Positions 42,407 to 56,501 of a stretch of DNA of 64,000 bases are shown here, piece after piece. The stretch is from the NCBI GenBank assembly GCA_012295275.1, contig CM022665.1:1116001-1180000 (forward strand), read 5' to 3'. This stretch comes from Chrysomallon squamiferum (Eukaryota; Animalia; Mollusca). A program made the position numbers and the translations under genes. Each line of letters starts with the position of its first letter. Position 1 is the first letter of the stretch. The notes beneath the pieces are model-generated. The model was not told where the DNA came from and searched no databases. It saw nothing but the letters and a program-made list of their open reading frames with translations.

Positions 42407-44108
42407 AAAGAAAAAAAAAAATAAAGTAATTCGCAAACAGATTTAATTGAACTGTTATCGATTTTCTGTGTTATAACTGGATTTCCATAATACAGGATTT
42501 ATTTTGTTATTGCTGTTAATAATTACAAGTTAATATCATGATTATATGCGAATAATAATAATAATAGTAATACTATTCTGTACTACCTATACCTTTTCCT
42601 TTTACATCAGTGTCACATCCTTCGATTAATGATGGACGTGTGTAGATATCAAAAGACAAACGCTGAAAAAAAGGAAAAGCAAAGAACTTGTGAAATAACA
42701 TATTGAAATTGTTAATGATATTTGACCATTATTATTGTGCCTATGATGTATAGTTATCTTTTTTCTATACTTTTTTCTATACTTTTTTCATTCCTTTGGT
42801 GTTGTTTGTTTAACAGAATTCATTCCCATTGTCTTCTTTACCTCACATATTTTACTTAGAAACATCTCTATAAAAATATAGCTACTTAGGAAGAATAAAG
42901 CTCTGAGACGACAGCAAAGTAGAAAATGCAAATATTGAACTCAGTAACAAAAGAACTATTTAATTTTGCTGCACGTTTGCCTTACATTTCGTTTTCGTTT
43001 TCATATCAATAATTTTCTTTTCGCACTACTCTGTAAAAATCATATATGTATATATAGAACGAAATTTATGTTGTATAAAACACTATATTCTTTGTTTATA
43101 GCAAGTATTTTCTTTATGAGCATATATTTTAAATATGTTTTAAACAACGAATGTTTTTAATGTTTTCTGTCGCTTGTTATAATGCTGTTAACATACAAAC
43201 GGAAATTCTAAAATATCTTTTCACTGAATAAGTGGTTTTCTCTAATGCTTACATTTAATTGTTGTGTACAAAAAGCAAGCATAATAATAATAATAATAAT
43301 AATAAACTGCTCGTCACTAATGAACGGGTGGATATAGATGAAGAACAATGCTTACAATCTTGTTCAGTGTGTCTGTTAAGCAGTTTTCTGTTCGATCCGT
43401 TGTGATAATATTTAAAATTGAAATTTTAGTCAAAGAGGACGAAGACAGCCATAATCGTTTACAGTTCGAATTTGTTTTCTAATTTTTGTATATTTTGTCA
43501 TGCATAACTTTAATACGTTTTCCACATTTATTTTATTTTATTTTATTTTTGTTATTGTTGATGTGGTTTCGCATTTATTTATTCATTTAATTGGTGTTCT
43601 GTTTTCAAAAAATATAAATTTTAAAGTTATTTCGTCAAAATAGCTTCAGAAGAGTGAAAATGAAAGCAAGTATGCAGGAAAGAAAGACTATATTATATTT
43701 TTTATGTGTTTATGTATCTGTGTGCTTTAATATGTGAACATCAAGTATTCTTAAACGATTATTATCTGAGACAAACATATACAGGAAATATAATATTACA
43801 ATATTACTCCACAGTTTTACCTGTTGTAAATCTGATCTGTCCATAAAAAACACATTTCGTGCATTTTCGATATCTGCAGACTTCGTGATACTGTTTTCAT
43901 AGTTCAGTTCACACTCTAAAGTATATTTTACGAAGTTCACAGACAAACAGGATGGGACTTTCAAACAAGTTGCTCCACAAGAATACAAAGCTGAATGTTG
44001 TAAGGTCACAAAGGTGTGACCTTTAAGACGAGCGTTTTTCAGTATCGCACTCACAGCGCCAGTCCAGAGAAAAGCGACGAAAAATAAAAATGTTTTGACG
44101 GTCGACAT
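36431..44108 (-). CDS. Secreted PAN/apple - 3x CCP(sushi) - 1x kringle protein (paralog B), 6 exons, ~381 aa
   Basis: Exons 44108-43821 (MSTVKTFLFFVAFLWTGAVSA signal + PAN), 42662-42593 (linker), 42250-42083, 41550-41368, 37258-37076 (CCP), 36684-36431 (kringle CQRWDEMSPH...NNCRDPD...PWCYTVDPVTRWDTC). All GT-AG and phase-consistent. Confidence 0.88.
37295..41138. repeat. 39-bp minisatellite, ~3.8 kb (~100 units), in intron 4 of paralog B
   Basis: Unit CTCACTGTTACTACTAGTACTATACTATTACTGCTGCTG with 40-bp and 28-bp and GGT/GCT/AGTGCT variants. Confidence 0.97.
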
Positions 44109-45744
44109 GTTCTGGTCTAGTGATGTCTATCTGACTGATGGAAATGATCTTGTGACTGCTATTTATTAAAAGTTACTGATTTATTTGCTAATATACTGAA
44201 CAAAAAAGTTATTTACATAATTAAATTTATTATTTCTATTATTATTATTAATATTATGGAGATAGAGACAAGAAAGAGAGAAAAAGAAAGCTAAATATGA
44301 TCATAGTAAGTAAGAGAAAAGACTAGAAAACGTTTATCTGTAAAAAGAAATAATTAATTCGTCTCAGTATATCTCAGTGAATCACACTTTGTGCTTTCTC
44401 GTAATCATCTTGAATTCAGTGAATTTTATCCACGAAAATAATTTTGGTTAAAGTTGTTTTATTAAGACGCAGAGAGACAGACAGATATATAGAGAGACAA
44501 AAAGACAGAAAGACAGATCGACAGACCGACATGCAGAGAGAAAGACAGATAGACAGATAAATAGAGAGACAGACAGATACATGTTTTATTTGAAAATCAT
44601 TTAATAACATAAATAAAATGATAAAATTATCTCTGATCAAAACGAGACGTATATTTGTTGCTGAGTATTCTTCTTTTTTTCTTCTTTTTTCTTCTTTTAA
44701 TTATATCTGTTATTATTTTATTTATTTTTCTCTAAGTGACATCTTTCATCTGAAATACAAAGTATCTTTTCTGCAGTACAACGTTCATAATTTCATCAAA
44801 ATTCTACATTTTTGTATCATTTTTCTATTATTTACTTTTCTTGTGCGGCATTAAAAATAAATAGTCTGTCATAAAAGGACATGAACTAAAGTGATAAAAG
44901 CGTGATGTTAGTCAGTTTTGTTTTGTTTTTCTTTAAGATCAAATATTGGTTTTTCAGTTCACATAAGAAGTTAATAAGTACTTCTTTATTCACTTGTTAT
45001 TGATTATGTACGTAACAAAAAGTTTCTATAGTATGTTCTAGGAAAAGGTCAGAAATATGTATTAATAATTCAAAAATTTAAGTGGGAAATGTAAAGAGTA
45101 TATAAAAACATTAAGCATAAACATAGCTGTTTACTTGTTTTACTCGTTTCTTGTCCAAGAGATGATGCAGGAATATAGCGAAATATATTTGTGTCATGTT
45201 AAATTGTACCTGTGATGTTGTGAACATAATAATCAACAATTTGTATACATGCTTGCAGTTATTTTCTACCTTTTTCGATCAAACCTTTGCTAATAATTAA
45301 GTATAACAGTAACTTTATTTATATGTAAATTTATCTTTTTTTGTTATACCTGCGAATTTGATAAATAAACAAATCAACAAAGAATAATTAATATATTACT
45401 TCAAAGGTTCACACAAAAATAAGACAAAAATATCAGCCCGAAGAATGTTATAGTCATTATTATCATTCTTGATTATTAGCAGATATTAATGTTCGTAAAA
45501 AAGACAATAACTTCGAAATATACACAAAGTTTTCTACATTTTATCTTTCCAGTATTATAATAATAATAGTGCTAAAATGATGTTCATGGCAAACTGAGCC
45601 TCCATTTTTCAAGTTGCATATTTTAATTTACCTAATCCCAGTATTTAAAAGAAATATAATATTACAAAATGAAATTATTTTCAGATAAAAATACTGTCAC
45701 TTAATATTTGTCTCTAGAACAATGTAGTTACATAACTTATAATG

Positions 45745-45760
45745 TGACGTCATAAACAAA
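45745..45760 (+). promoter_or_regulatory. Full CRE palindrome fused to a forkhead-type site
   Basis: TGACGTCA (45745-45752) directly followed by TAAACAAA, ~50 bp upstream of the ATG at 45806. Confidence 0.45.
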
Positions 45761-45805
45761 ACGTCAGTTCGTTCTTACTGAATGAAACTCGTGTTATAAA
45801 TCTAA

Positions 45806-46065
45806 ATGGATGTATATCACCCAGACAGAAGCTCGTTGTCAAAACTCTATCGATGGAAGGGACTGTATGAAAATTACGTTTTCGGAGGAGATGTAGAAAA
45901 AAGTAAGAAAGCTATTATAATTATTAAAAACTAACATTTTCTCGTCAGCCGTTCTACAATATTAATCATGCTGTTCAACAAATTATTAATTGTTAATTAT
46001 CAAGATTAAAGACTCCTTACCATGCCTGTAATTCCTTTATTGTCTCGTTCTCACTATTTCCAGAA

Positions 46066-46097
<32 letters not shown>

Positions 46098-46223
46098 ACA
46101 TTTTAAACACATATAGATATATAGATTGGATAGATAGATAGATATAAAACAAATAATTTGGAATTATTACTATAAAATACTTAAATCCTGGTAAATTGGT
46201 GATGAAACACACGTGTATGTGTG

Positions 46224-46285
<62 letters not shown>

Positions 46286-46946
46286 TGTCGAAAACCAGTT
46301 CACAAAGTTAACAACGCATATGGCCACCATTTGTGTCGATGCAGGCCTGGAACTGTCGCCTCACAGAGTCTATCAAACTTGAAAATTGCTCACGTCATCC
46401 TATTTATGCATGGACAGCAATGTTACAGTATGCTTAAGCAAGACAACACTAAACCTCACGTTGGCCGAGTGGTAAGGACAACAGAACATTGATGTGTACG
46501 GTGGCCTGCAGTCGAGCACGTTTGGGATGAGATGCAGCGTCATGTACGTCCACTGCCGGTGACGTTGGAGGTGCTGGGTCAGACATTAGTCCTGATCTAC
46601 AACGGTATTTCCAGGGCGTTCTTCAATAATCTGGTAGACTCTACATCGACACAAGCACGCGCACTATTAATTATATGAACTGCTTTTCCCCTCATTTGTC
46701 TTTCATCAGCAATACCAGTGTACTGACGGATGCTGTGACATTTCAAATGAACTGACGTTTTGCGGAATTGCCTAATAAACAATGCTATCTAAATATTTTA
46801 TCGTTTTATGTCTTGACATTATCAACATGATTACCATACAGTTACTTTTTTCCGCTAAAGTACATATATATATATATAATCCATGAAATATAGTCTGTGA
46901 TTATATATATATATTCCCTAAAACACACACACACACACACATAACG

Positions 46947-46990
<44 letters not shown>

Positions 46991-48149
46991 AATAAGAAAT
47001 GTTTGATCCCATATTTTAAACTGAAATAGAATCTTTAAAATATGATGTATTAGTTTGAATATATGTGACTCCGTAATTTATATATTCCCATTTATGTTCA
47101 CAATATTTTTATTACGCGGCGAAACAATTATTTTTAACTTCTCTCTGCACTTTTGTAAACATACATCTGGGGCTTCGTATTGTAATATAGGAAACAATTT
47201 GGGTTTTTTTGGGGGGGTTTCTGGGAAATAAACCACATTAAATTACTTTATTAATATGTTTAAGTACTTACTTATATACTTACTTATCACCATCACGAAA
47301 AAAGCAACAGGCAGAACTTGTACTAAACGACAGATATACGAGGATGTTTAAAGGTTTCTCACTCTAGCCCTGGTCACATCTCAGCGTGGTATTTAGGCTT
47401 CAAACTAACTAAATGTGTGAACGCATTTCTAATCTGCTGTTTAATATTAAAAAGATTAATTTTGAATCTGTTTCTTCGTTTCAGGAAAGCAGCAAGTAGA
47501 CTATGTTGAGAAACTTTTCCGGCCCTATGGCGTCGTCTACAGAAAAAGAGGTGGGTTTTTCCCTGAACTCTACAACAGAAGGTATTGTAAAAGACTTAAA
47601 AGGGACGCTCCTATCGATATCTCTGCCGTCCATTTTATACAACCTATTCCTTTTGTTCAAGATTACCTAAGGAAACCTAATGTTCAGGAAAGATTTGTGG
47701 ACCTATATCACAGAGAGGAAATGTTGTTAAACAGAGATGAATCCGTTGCCATCATACCTAAAATTAAAACAGTAATACAGTTTCGTAAAGCACCGAAACC
47801 AGCAGAGCCAGTAGACTTAGATTATATCATGAAAAACAGTAGTGTGTATAGAGAGTATGACCTTGATATTTCCGGTGCCAAAACGAAAAAATTTTATGAG
47901 AATAATTTCCCATCTCTTGCGAAAAAAGTGCCCCATGAAAAGTTGCATGCACCAACCAAACGCCAAATTGCAGTCAAAAAAGACAATGATTATCTGTCTG
48001 CAAGACGAAAACAAATCTCTAACAGAATTAAAAATCTTAATGGTACACTGGCAGAGCTCGAAAGACAAACTTCGGATACGTTTCTTACTGTGTTAAGAAG
48101 TGAAGAATTCGAGCCACAGAACTGGCCGTGGAATGAAAATGTGTATTAA
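45806..48149 (+). CDS. Uncharacterised basic intracellular protein, 2 exons, ~253 aa
   Basis: Exon 45806-45902 (MDVYHPDRSSLSKLYRWKGLYENYVFGGDVEK a|gtaag) joins in phase 1 to ttcag|47485-48149, a 665-nt stop-free frame ending ...EPQNWPWNENVY*; AATAAA ~40 nt after the stop. No domain recognised. Confidence 0.72.
46330..46862 (+). mobile_element. Decayed Tc1/mariner transposase 3' fragment
   Basis: LKQDNTKPHVGRVV, WPA, VEHVWDEMQRHV, TLEVLGQTLV..ISRAFFNNLVDS: Tc1 QDNA-PH / IEHVWD motifs with deletions. Confidence 0.78.
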
Positions 48150-48611
48150 ATTGTTAATACAATTGTTTAATTTTGAAAACAAAAAAAATAAATAAAAACA
48201 TATAAAAGAAGAAAAAGAAGAAAAAGAAAAAAGAAAAATAATGTAATTTAACACCAATAACTTTATTATTTTTATTTATTTTATTTTATTAGGTTTTGTT
48301 TTGTTCTTTTATTGAATTTTGTTTTATAAAAAATAGTTGAAGTGCTTAAAATATTTATAAGTTTTCTAAGTATTTTTTCTTTTTATAGTTTTAATTTTAC
48401 ACGGATGCCATGTTTTAGATTAAGTGTAGTTATAATATAAATATTTAATTTTGGTAAATTGTTATAATTTGTTTATATTTATTATAATCCATAAATATCA
48501 GTTATATTATCAAATTATTTTATTGTTATTTTTTATTTATTATTTCTGCTTAAAAATGTATTAATGAAAAAATGTTTGTTTATTTATTTATTTATTTATT
48601 TATTTATTTTA

Positions 48612-48662
<51 letters not shown>

Positions 48663-48850
48663 GTTTTTGTTTTGTTTTTCCTTTTTTGTCATTTATTTCT
48701 TTTGTTTGATTTTTTCATTAATTTATTTATTTTTTACGTTTTTTAAATATTCAAATTAACATATTTGTATATAAAGATATGTTATCTGTTTCTACAGATT
48801 TTTTAGAAAATGACTTGTTAGTTGTTAATTTTGGTTGTTTGTTTGCTTAT

Positions 48851-48882
<32 letters not shown>

Positions 48883-49013
48883 GCATTTATACTATACCAA
48901 AAATTATTATTAATTATAATTAATTTTTTTTATCAGAATGTATAAATTTAAGATTCTGGTTTTTGGTCAGCTTTAACTGTAGTTTCTTTAAATTTAGAAC
49001 TGTTATAATTTAA

Positions 49014-49047
<34 letters not shown>

Positions 49048-49361
49048 AATAATAAAAAGTATTATGTTATATGAGTATTTCGAATGGTTTCTTTTGCAAT
49101 TTACAGTGTTTGTTTACTTATTTATATATTTTTTTAACATGAATAAATAATCACATTATAAAATCATATGACTTTATTTGCCAGAGATGTAACAGAAATA
49201 CATTAAATTTACAATTTGATGTATTATATTAAAAAGACTGATTCTCTAAAACAGAAACAGAAGTTATCATAGAAATATTATATTCTCTGTAACATTAAAC
49301 AAATAATGCATCAGCTGAATAAGGCATTTTTAAAAATGTTCGTGGCAAAACAACTGAGTTT

Positions 49362-49568
49362 TTAAACTGTAAAGAAGACAGCGAATACTAAGATAATTAT
49401 AAAGTTCAAAGCTGAAAGGTGTCTTTCACTTGACGAAGCTGCTTTGGGCTTTATAAACGTTATTCTGCCTTCAAGTCCTATGGTTATTGGACTCATCTTT
49501 TTATGTGTTGCCTCAATATGTCAGAGTCCAGATAACCTGTAACGAAAGGAAAATAAATCAGTAAATCC

Positions 49569-49624
<56 letters not shown>

Positions 49625-51463
49625 GTCTATCTATCTATCTATATCTATCCATCCATCTATCTGTCTATCTATACATCTTTGTGTCTATCTATCTATCTAT
49701 CTATCTAGCTAGCTAGCTAGCTAGCTATTTATCTGTCTATCTATCTTTATTGTTCGAGGGATGTTTTATTCATTATTATTGGCAAAATACAAGACGAGTA
49801 TAAGTATTTGAAATTCTGTATAATCTGTAACTATTTCAAAACGAAGAATTCCATTTATTGATATTTTGTTTGTTTTCGATTCCTTTAATAGTTCATTTCG
49901 ATTACAAGTGCGATTTCGCTGTTCTCTTCTGTCATGACTGATCAGGAATCGTTGTTCAAATTTGTAAAATATTGTGAAGTATAAGCCCGCTGCGACACAC
50001 TTTTAATTTAGTTTAGTGCTAATTTATTTGCATTTATTGCTTACGAACTGTAATACCTTAATTTCGCTGAACGTTTGCTAAAGTCCACACGCGTCCTTTT
50101 ACAATAACGAATCTTAATTTATTTTTATCAGCCGGAAACAGTTATAATAATTGTATTTTACAGAGAATACTAATACAGTAGTATTTATCTAGTGTTGCAT
50201 AATGAATTATAATAGTCTTGTATGTAAAATGAGTCTACGCAATACATGTCAGGCCACATACAAAGAGGCTCTATGGCGCTGTGTTGTGTATCTACATACA
50301 TTACCTGTAGGAGCTGTTTTTATTCTGTTTTCTTTGATGACTGTGTAACCATCTCCGCCATTAGATGTGAAGTCTGGAATAATGATGTCGTAGATTTCGT
50401 TCATTTTGAGAGGTTCGTACTGAGGGAAGTCGCACTTCGTACATTTCACTTTGACTTCAACGACTCTATTTCCTACAGGCTTGCTAAGGTCATAGACCAC
50501 CTTCAAACCTGAAAATTAACACTTCGATGTCATTATTATTTCTCTCTCTCGATTTGATGAATATATAGGTCAGTGTTTCGGTTACTAAATGACGTTACGA
50601 AGAATACAGAATGACGTTTACGTTAATAACCGTCATGTTTCTTAAGTTATCGTCATAATTTATTTTTGGCAAAGATATTTTTCTTATTAAATATCTTTCA
50701 TTTAAAAATACATCTCGCCTATCTTTACAGATCCTCATAAATAAGGTTTGCGCGATGTGACGTATGTTTTAACTAATACGTTACTAAACACTAATAATAA
50801 CAGATGATAATAATATAATAGTGCCTGAAATTTGAAGGAATCCACCAAAAAGATCGCTTTCCTCGTTATCAGAATATTTGTGAACACTGTGTTCCAGAGC
50901 AGCCACGATATATTTTCCTTTCAGCCGAATTCTCTCAATGGTATTTCTAAAAGGAAGAACTTGCAATATTGATTCCATAGTAATATTACCTGAAAAATAA
51001 AATAATAATATTAATAAAATAATAAAAAATTTAAATAAATAATAAATCAATAGTTATATGTGTGTATGAACGTGCGTCTGTGTGTGACTGTATGAGTGTC
51101 GTCATAATCATCATCATCTCTCTCTCTCTCTCTCTGTGCGTGTGTGATTATTATTATTATTATTATTATCCTTATCATCATCATCATCGTCCTCATCATC
51201 ATAATGTATGAATATTTACAGATAAACAAATAGAGGTGTTTTAATTTATTCTCTGCAGCTGTTAACGTAAGCTACAGGTGTTTGTTACTGATTTTGTTTT
51301 AACTGAACGACTTACCAGGCTCAATGGAATCTCGAATTCCACCTCCATTCATTAAAGCAATGGCAATAGTACTCCAGTGGTCTTTATCAGGGCGAGAAGA
51401 TTTCATGTAAAAATCAACCAGACCGTCTGTGATGAAGTTACCTAAACATAATAATAATAATAA

Positions 51464-51504
<41 letters not shown>

Positions 51505-51960
51505 GTCTATCTATCTGTTTGTCTTTCTGTTTATCTGTCTCTCTCTCTATCTATCTATCCTTTGCATTCATTTTCGAATAATTTCATTAATAAATGTGTC
51601 ATATTGTTTTCCACTATGTTATATTCTCTCAATTTTATAATAAACAACATGCATATGGTCGAGGTGTGTACAGATTTGTGTCTGTATTTTTCTTTTCTTT
51701 ATTATATGTAGTATACGGCACAGATTATTATAATATTAATAATTAAATTAAATATATAGCAAAATATGTCACACACTGAAATAAAAATTATACCCAAGTT
51801 GCATTCTACACGTCGGCAATATTCTATATCTCCTTGTAGCAATACGTTAGTACTGCCAACCTTTACTTTCGCTTTTTCGTTAACACCTTCTTTCCATGGC
51901 TCTAACTTGTTCAGTGTATCTTGATCTAAACAGAACAGATATAGTAAGTGGCAAAAGAAT

Positions 51961-52004
<44 letters not shown>

Positions 52005-54606
52005 TATTTTTTCGAAAACAAAATAGTATCAACACTTCAAAGTTAGGTTTAAGTTTTGTCAGTGAAATCATTTAGAATAAACTGCGTGGTGTCTGCAAGC
52101 GTATGAATTATTAATATCATATCTGACGAATGCTTAAATTTTTATATTATTGTAATACAACACTCTCTGCTAATTTAAGTATTAATAAGTGACAATATTA
52201 AAACATAAGTAAATCTTAACAGACTGAAGTGTGATCATAAAGTTTTTCCTACAGAACACTCTGTGATTATTAAGTCTGTGAAAACAGTATTACATCATGA
52301 AAAAAAGGATTACATCATTATTGTATTATCACAAACCATTACGTTTATGACCTTCATTATACTATGATATAATTTTGGATATAGCTGTATTTTACGATAA
52401 TAAGGACTGTGTAATCTAATACCTTGTCGTACAGTGTGATCCAAAAGTATGGGATTTCCTGACCAGGATGTCAGTTTGCCGCTTTCGTCGAACTGCAGGT
52501 CGATGTGACCCAGGTACTTTGCGTAAGCATAATCTTCGATCACAAGAACTGGATCTTTTCCATCCTTTTGATAAACTAGTGGATAAGGTCCTTTTGGTTT
52601 CTCAATGGACGGCGGTGTACCTATAACAAATACTTATTATTAACTTTAACTTTAAACATGAAATCTTAATTTTCTTAACTCATTAACGTCTTCCTATGTT
52701 AATATAAAACTATTTTCCTTTTATCTGACGGTTAAAACTGTTGTGAAAAAGTACTATTTTTATGTATCTTATATCAGTTTGAATATATTTAGACGCATGC
52801 CTAAAGTAAAACCTGCTACCCGATAGCAAAACAGAAAATTGTGACTAAATACAATAATCCTTAAACCTTTTTGTCATGTCTCTATTCTTGTATACGGTTT
52901 TTATAGGTCACAGTAATCTTCTCGTTCTTTAACCTGCGCGTTTATTTAATCTCTGGTAGTAACATATACTTAGATCATAAATTGTCTATTGAACAAAAGA
53001 GACAAAAGGACAGAGCTCATAAATGCCATGAGAGAATGCTCCATTTGATATATGAAAATATCTTTTTCATCAGGTTAAAAAAAAAATATATATATATAGC
53101 AAAGCTCAGAAAAGAAATAAAAAAAAAAAATTGAAAGATTTGAAAAAGAAAAGAAGTTTGGCGCCGCGGGACAGAAGATTGCTCTATTCAGTTATCTGCT
53201 ATGACCTCAAAAAAGATTCGTTTTCAATGACAAAACGAATTCACACATGAAAAAGAAATTCGCAAATGGTCGAATAACCAGGTTAATGCATTTCAGCATG
53301 ATGTAAACAACTTCAGATCAGAAAAGTGATAACTGTGTTAAATGACGTAGCCTGGGTAAAGATCAGTTACCATGGGATATACTATCACTGTCCGTATCTT
53401 TTGGTGGCAAGACACATCAGTGCGTAGGGATCCTAAGACGTTTCACGAGTTTTAATGATTTGAAAATGCTATGACCAAACATCATACATTTAAAAAAAGG
53501 TTAAATGATAAACATTTATGGAATTCATTTTAACATCAAAAGCTGGAAATGTGGTGGACCAATAAATAAGCCCAGTATCAATCATTTCTTCAACCTGGCA
53601 ACCTCAGTCTGATGTGGATCCACAAAAAAAGAAAAAACAATATTAAGGATATCAAACATACAATATTCACTTTGTGATGATACAAGAGAAAAGAAAGAAG
53701 GGAAGAAATACTTGTTTTCCATTTTAACTTTCAGCATTATTAGGTAAGAAACGTACATATTTATAACGATGAAGCGAGGGAAGAAACCCGCTACCGCCAA
53801 TATATAAACAAATAGATAATCACAACATGACCTTTCAGTATTATGGGCTGGCTGTAGAGGGATGTGCTCGAAAGTAAACTTTTAGAAGAACTTATCCTGC
53901 GATCTGTTCTTCCTGAGACATTCCTTCTGACTACTGAACTAGAAGTCACCCCTTATTCCATATACCTGTGTACAAGAAGGTATTGGTATGTCCTCCTATG
54001 ACTACGTCCACACCATCTACTTCTTGTGCAATTTTTTTATCCATTGTAAACCCAGAATGTCCTAAAGCAATGATTATGTTGACCCCTGCAGCTTTCAGGT
54101 TGTTCACTTCTTCCTGGACAGCGGGTATTTCGGGATGAAATATCAGTTTACCTGAAATTATATAGGTCTTGTCAGCAAATGAAATCATAAAGAAGAGCAG
54201 AGAACAATTAATCTGGTTTTCCTTAGTTTTATCTGTATTAACAAAATAAACAACTCATTTAATAATTTTCGCTCTCTTTTTTTAAATATAAACTTTTCTT
54301 CATATTATTATTACCAGTACGAGATATGGATGGTGTGTCAGGGGTTATGTAGGACACAATTCCTATTTTATGTCCATCACGAATGAGAACTGTGGACTTG
54401 TTGTAAGTTCCCTGCATGCTTGGCTCCCGACTGGCGTCTAGGTTCGCAGACAAGATAGGGAAATTGATCTTTTTGAGAAACGGTTCAACAAGGCCTGAAA
54501 TTCCTCGATCAAATTCATGGTTTCCGAAAGACTAACAAATAGAAACATAAAATTGATCTTACAACAGCAAACATATGAATAGTGTTAAGTTCTAAACACA
54601 CATATA

Positions 54607-54658
<52 letters not shown>

Positions 54659-55304
54659 CTGTCAATATATATGTTTTGTCATTCTGTCTGTTCGTCCTTC
54701 CTTCCATCCATTTCAATCACTGATTTTCATTCGTAATAATGAGAATTATGTTAACGTAATTACGTTGTTTGCAGTTCAGTGAGCCACTAAACTAGTGAAT
54801 ATAATAAACGTTGAACGTTTTGCATCGACGACAACCCGACCTTAATTTTGAACTGTATTTATCTTTCAAACTCATCGATTATAAATACCTTCAGAGTGAT
54901 GTGTTAATTCAGTGTATAGTACTTTAAATCGATTCAAAATGAACTTCAAACTTTGTACCACGTCACCAAAACACAAACATACATGCGCGCGCACACACAG
55001 ATGCGCGCGCACGAACACGCACATAGACACACACTCTTTTGTTTTATATTATTTTCTGAATACAGTTTATAGTATTTATTTAATTTTTGAAAGGTTTGTA
55101 GTTTGATACCACAACAGTATACTTAGTACTGATGATTATGCAGCTTAGTGGAGAGTGAGAACGTGTAGATGTATGTGATGTTAGATACCAGCGTGTAGTA
55201 CCTACACACCCACACACACATACACAAACACTCTTATATATATATAATTACTTTCATACGTACATATACATATAGATACATACATACATACATACATACA
55301 TACA

Positions 55305-55338
<34 letters not shown>

Positions 55339-55978
55339 CATACCTAAAATGACGCATAGATGATTGTTGTATATACACATAAATGTATGCATGTTTGTAC
55401 GTACGTGTGCATTTAAGGTGTTTCAAACGAGACTTAAATTACTCATTTTTACATTGAATTTGTATATGCATATATTTTTTAAACCACAGTTTCTTTTTTC
55501 AATTTAGTTTAATAAAAATATTATTTATTTATTTATTTATTTATACTTACTTTCTATTTATTAATTATTAGAAATTATTTATTTATTTTATACAGATCAA
55601 TTTAATAATTTGGACTAAAAACACTAAAAATAGAACAATTCAACCTACCATAGCGTCATAGCCCAACCAGTTCATAAACACTGACGTAACGTTGCCGCCA
55701 TAAGTGTAAAAAAAGAACGTTCCTTGGTACTGATCTCCTGCGTCCAGAACCAGCGTGTTATTAGGTCTCTTAGCGCGAAATTCTTTTACTTTGCTCACAA
55801 GACGGGCGTATCCTCCAAAACAAGCGTTCTTCTTTCTGTCCTCTTCAGTACAAGGGCTGCTGTACTTGTTAGTCTCTAAATAACGTGCGTGCACGTCGTT
55901 GGTGTGCAAAATTGTTAAATTAAAGCAGTAAACGCAGCATGGAAGAAAGAGAAACGCAACAAGTATACATCTAACCAT
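49362..55978 (-). CDS. NT5E: Ecto-5'-nucleotidase (CD73-like), 9 exons, signal peptide and C-terminal GPI signal; 1-nt frameshift in the last exon as sequenced
   Basis: Exons 55978-55649, 54531-54315, 54151-53966, 52620-52423, 51925-51794, 51441-51316, 50989-50825, 50508-50305, 49536-49362. Motifs LTILHTNDVHAR, LDAGDQYQGT, GNHEFD, IALGHSG, VIGGHTNTFLY, NGGGIR, LPFRN, GGDGY, EGRITF plus a hydrophobic tail. Confidence 0.93.
55037..55207 (+). repeat. 171-bp direct repeat, copy 1 (NT5E intron 1)
   Basis: Matches 56966-57136 with one visible mismatch (GCAGCTT vs GCAGTTT). Confidence 0.9.
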
Positions 55979-56427
55979 GATGGTCGACGTACAGCTGGTA
56001 GAGTTTACTTATGATCAGTGTAAATATTTGATCACCCTTCTGCCTATGCTTCCCTACGCAAACAGAATATCTCGCTTATACGTATTCCACATACGCGAGC
56101 CGTGACACAGAATCCGGTTTATTGTTACGCGAGCATAAATTTTAGCCGGAGAAACCTGGCGTGTACACAGCACGTATCACTGCTTCGGTAGTTGCTCTGT
56201 TTTGTGTGTTTGTTTCAGGTGATTTTTGCTGTGATCTCTGTTTTGGACTTTCGCCCTTCTCTAGCAGTTATTTCTACTACAATTACAATCACTAATACTA
56301 TTAGGACAACCATTACAACTTTTAAAACAACAACAACTATATAACTACAATTTTCTAATTCTAATAATAAAACGGCTGCTACTGCTACTGCAACTACTAC
56401 AACAACTACTACAACTACTACTACTAC

Positions 56428-56458
<31 letters not shown>

Positions 56459-56463
56459 TTATT

Positions 56464-56501
<38 letters not shown>

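Noticed and set aside
47817-48096. Overlapping antisense and alternative-frame ORFs
   Set aside because: Shadows of the coding exon 47485-48149.
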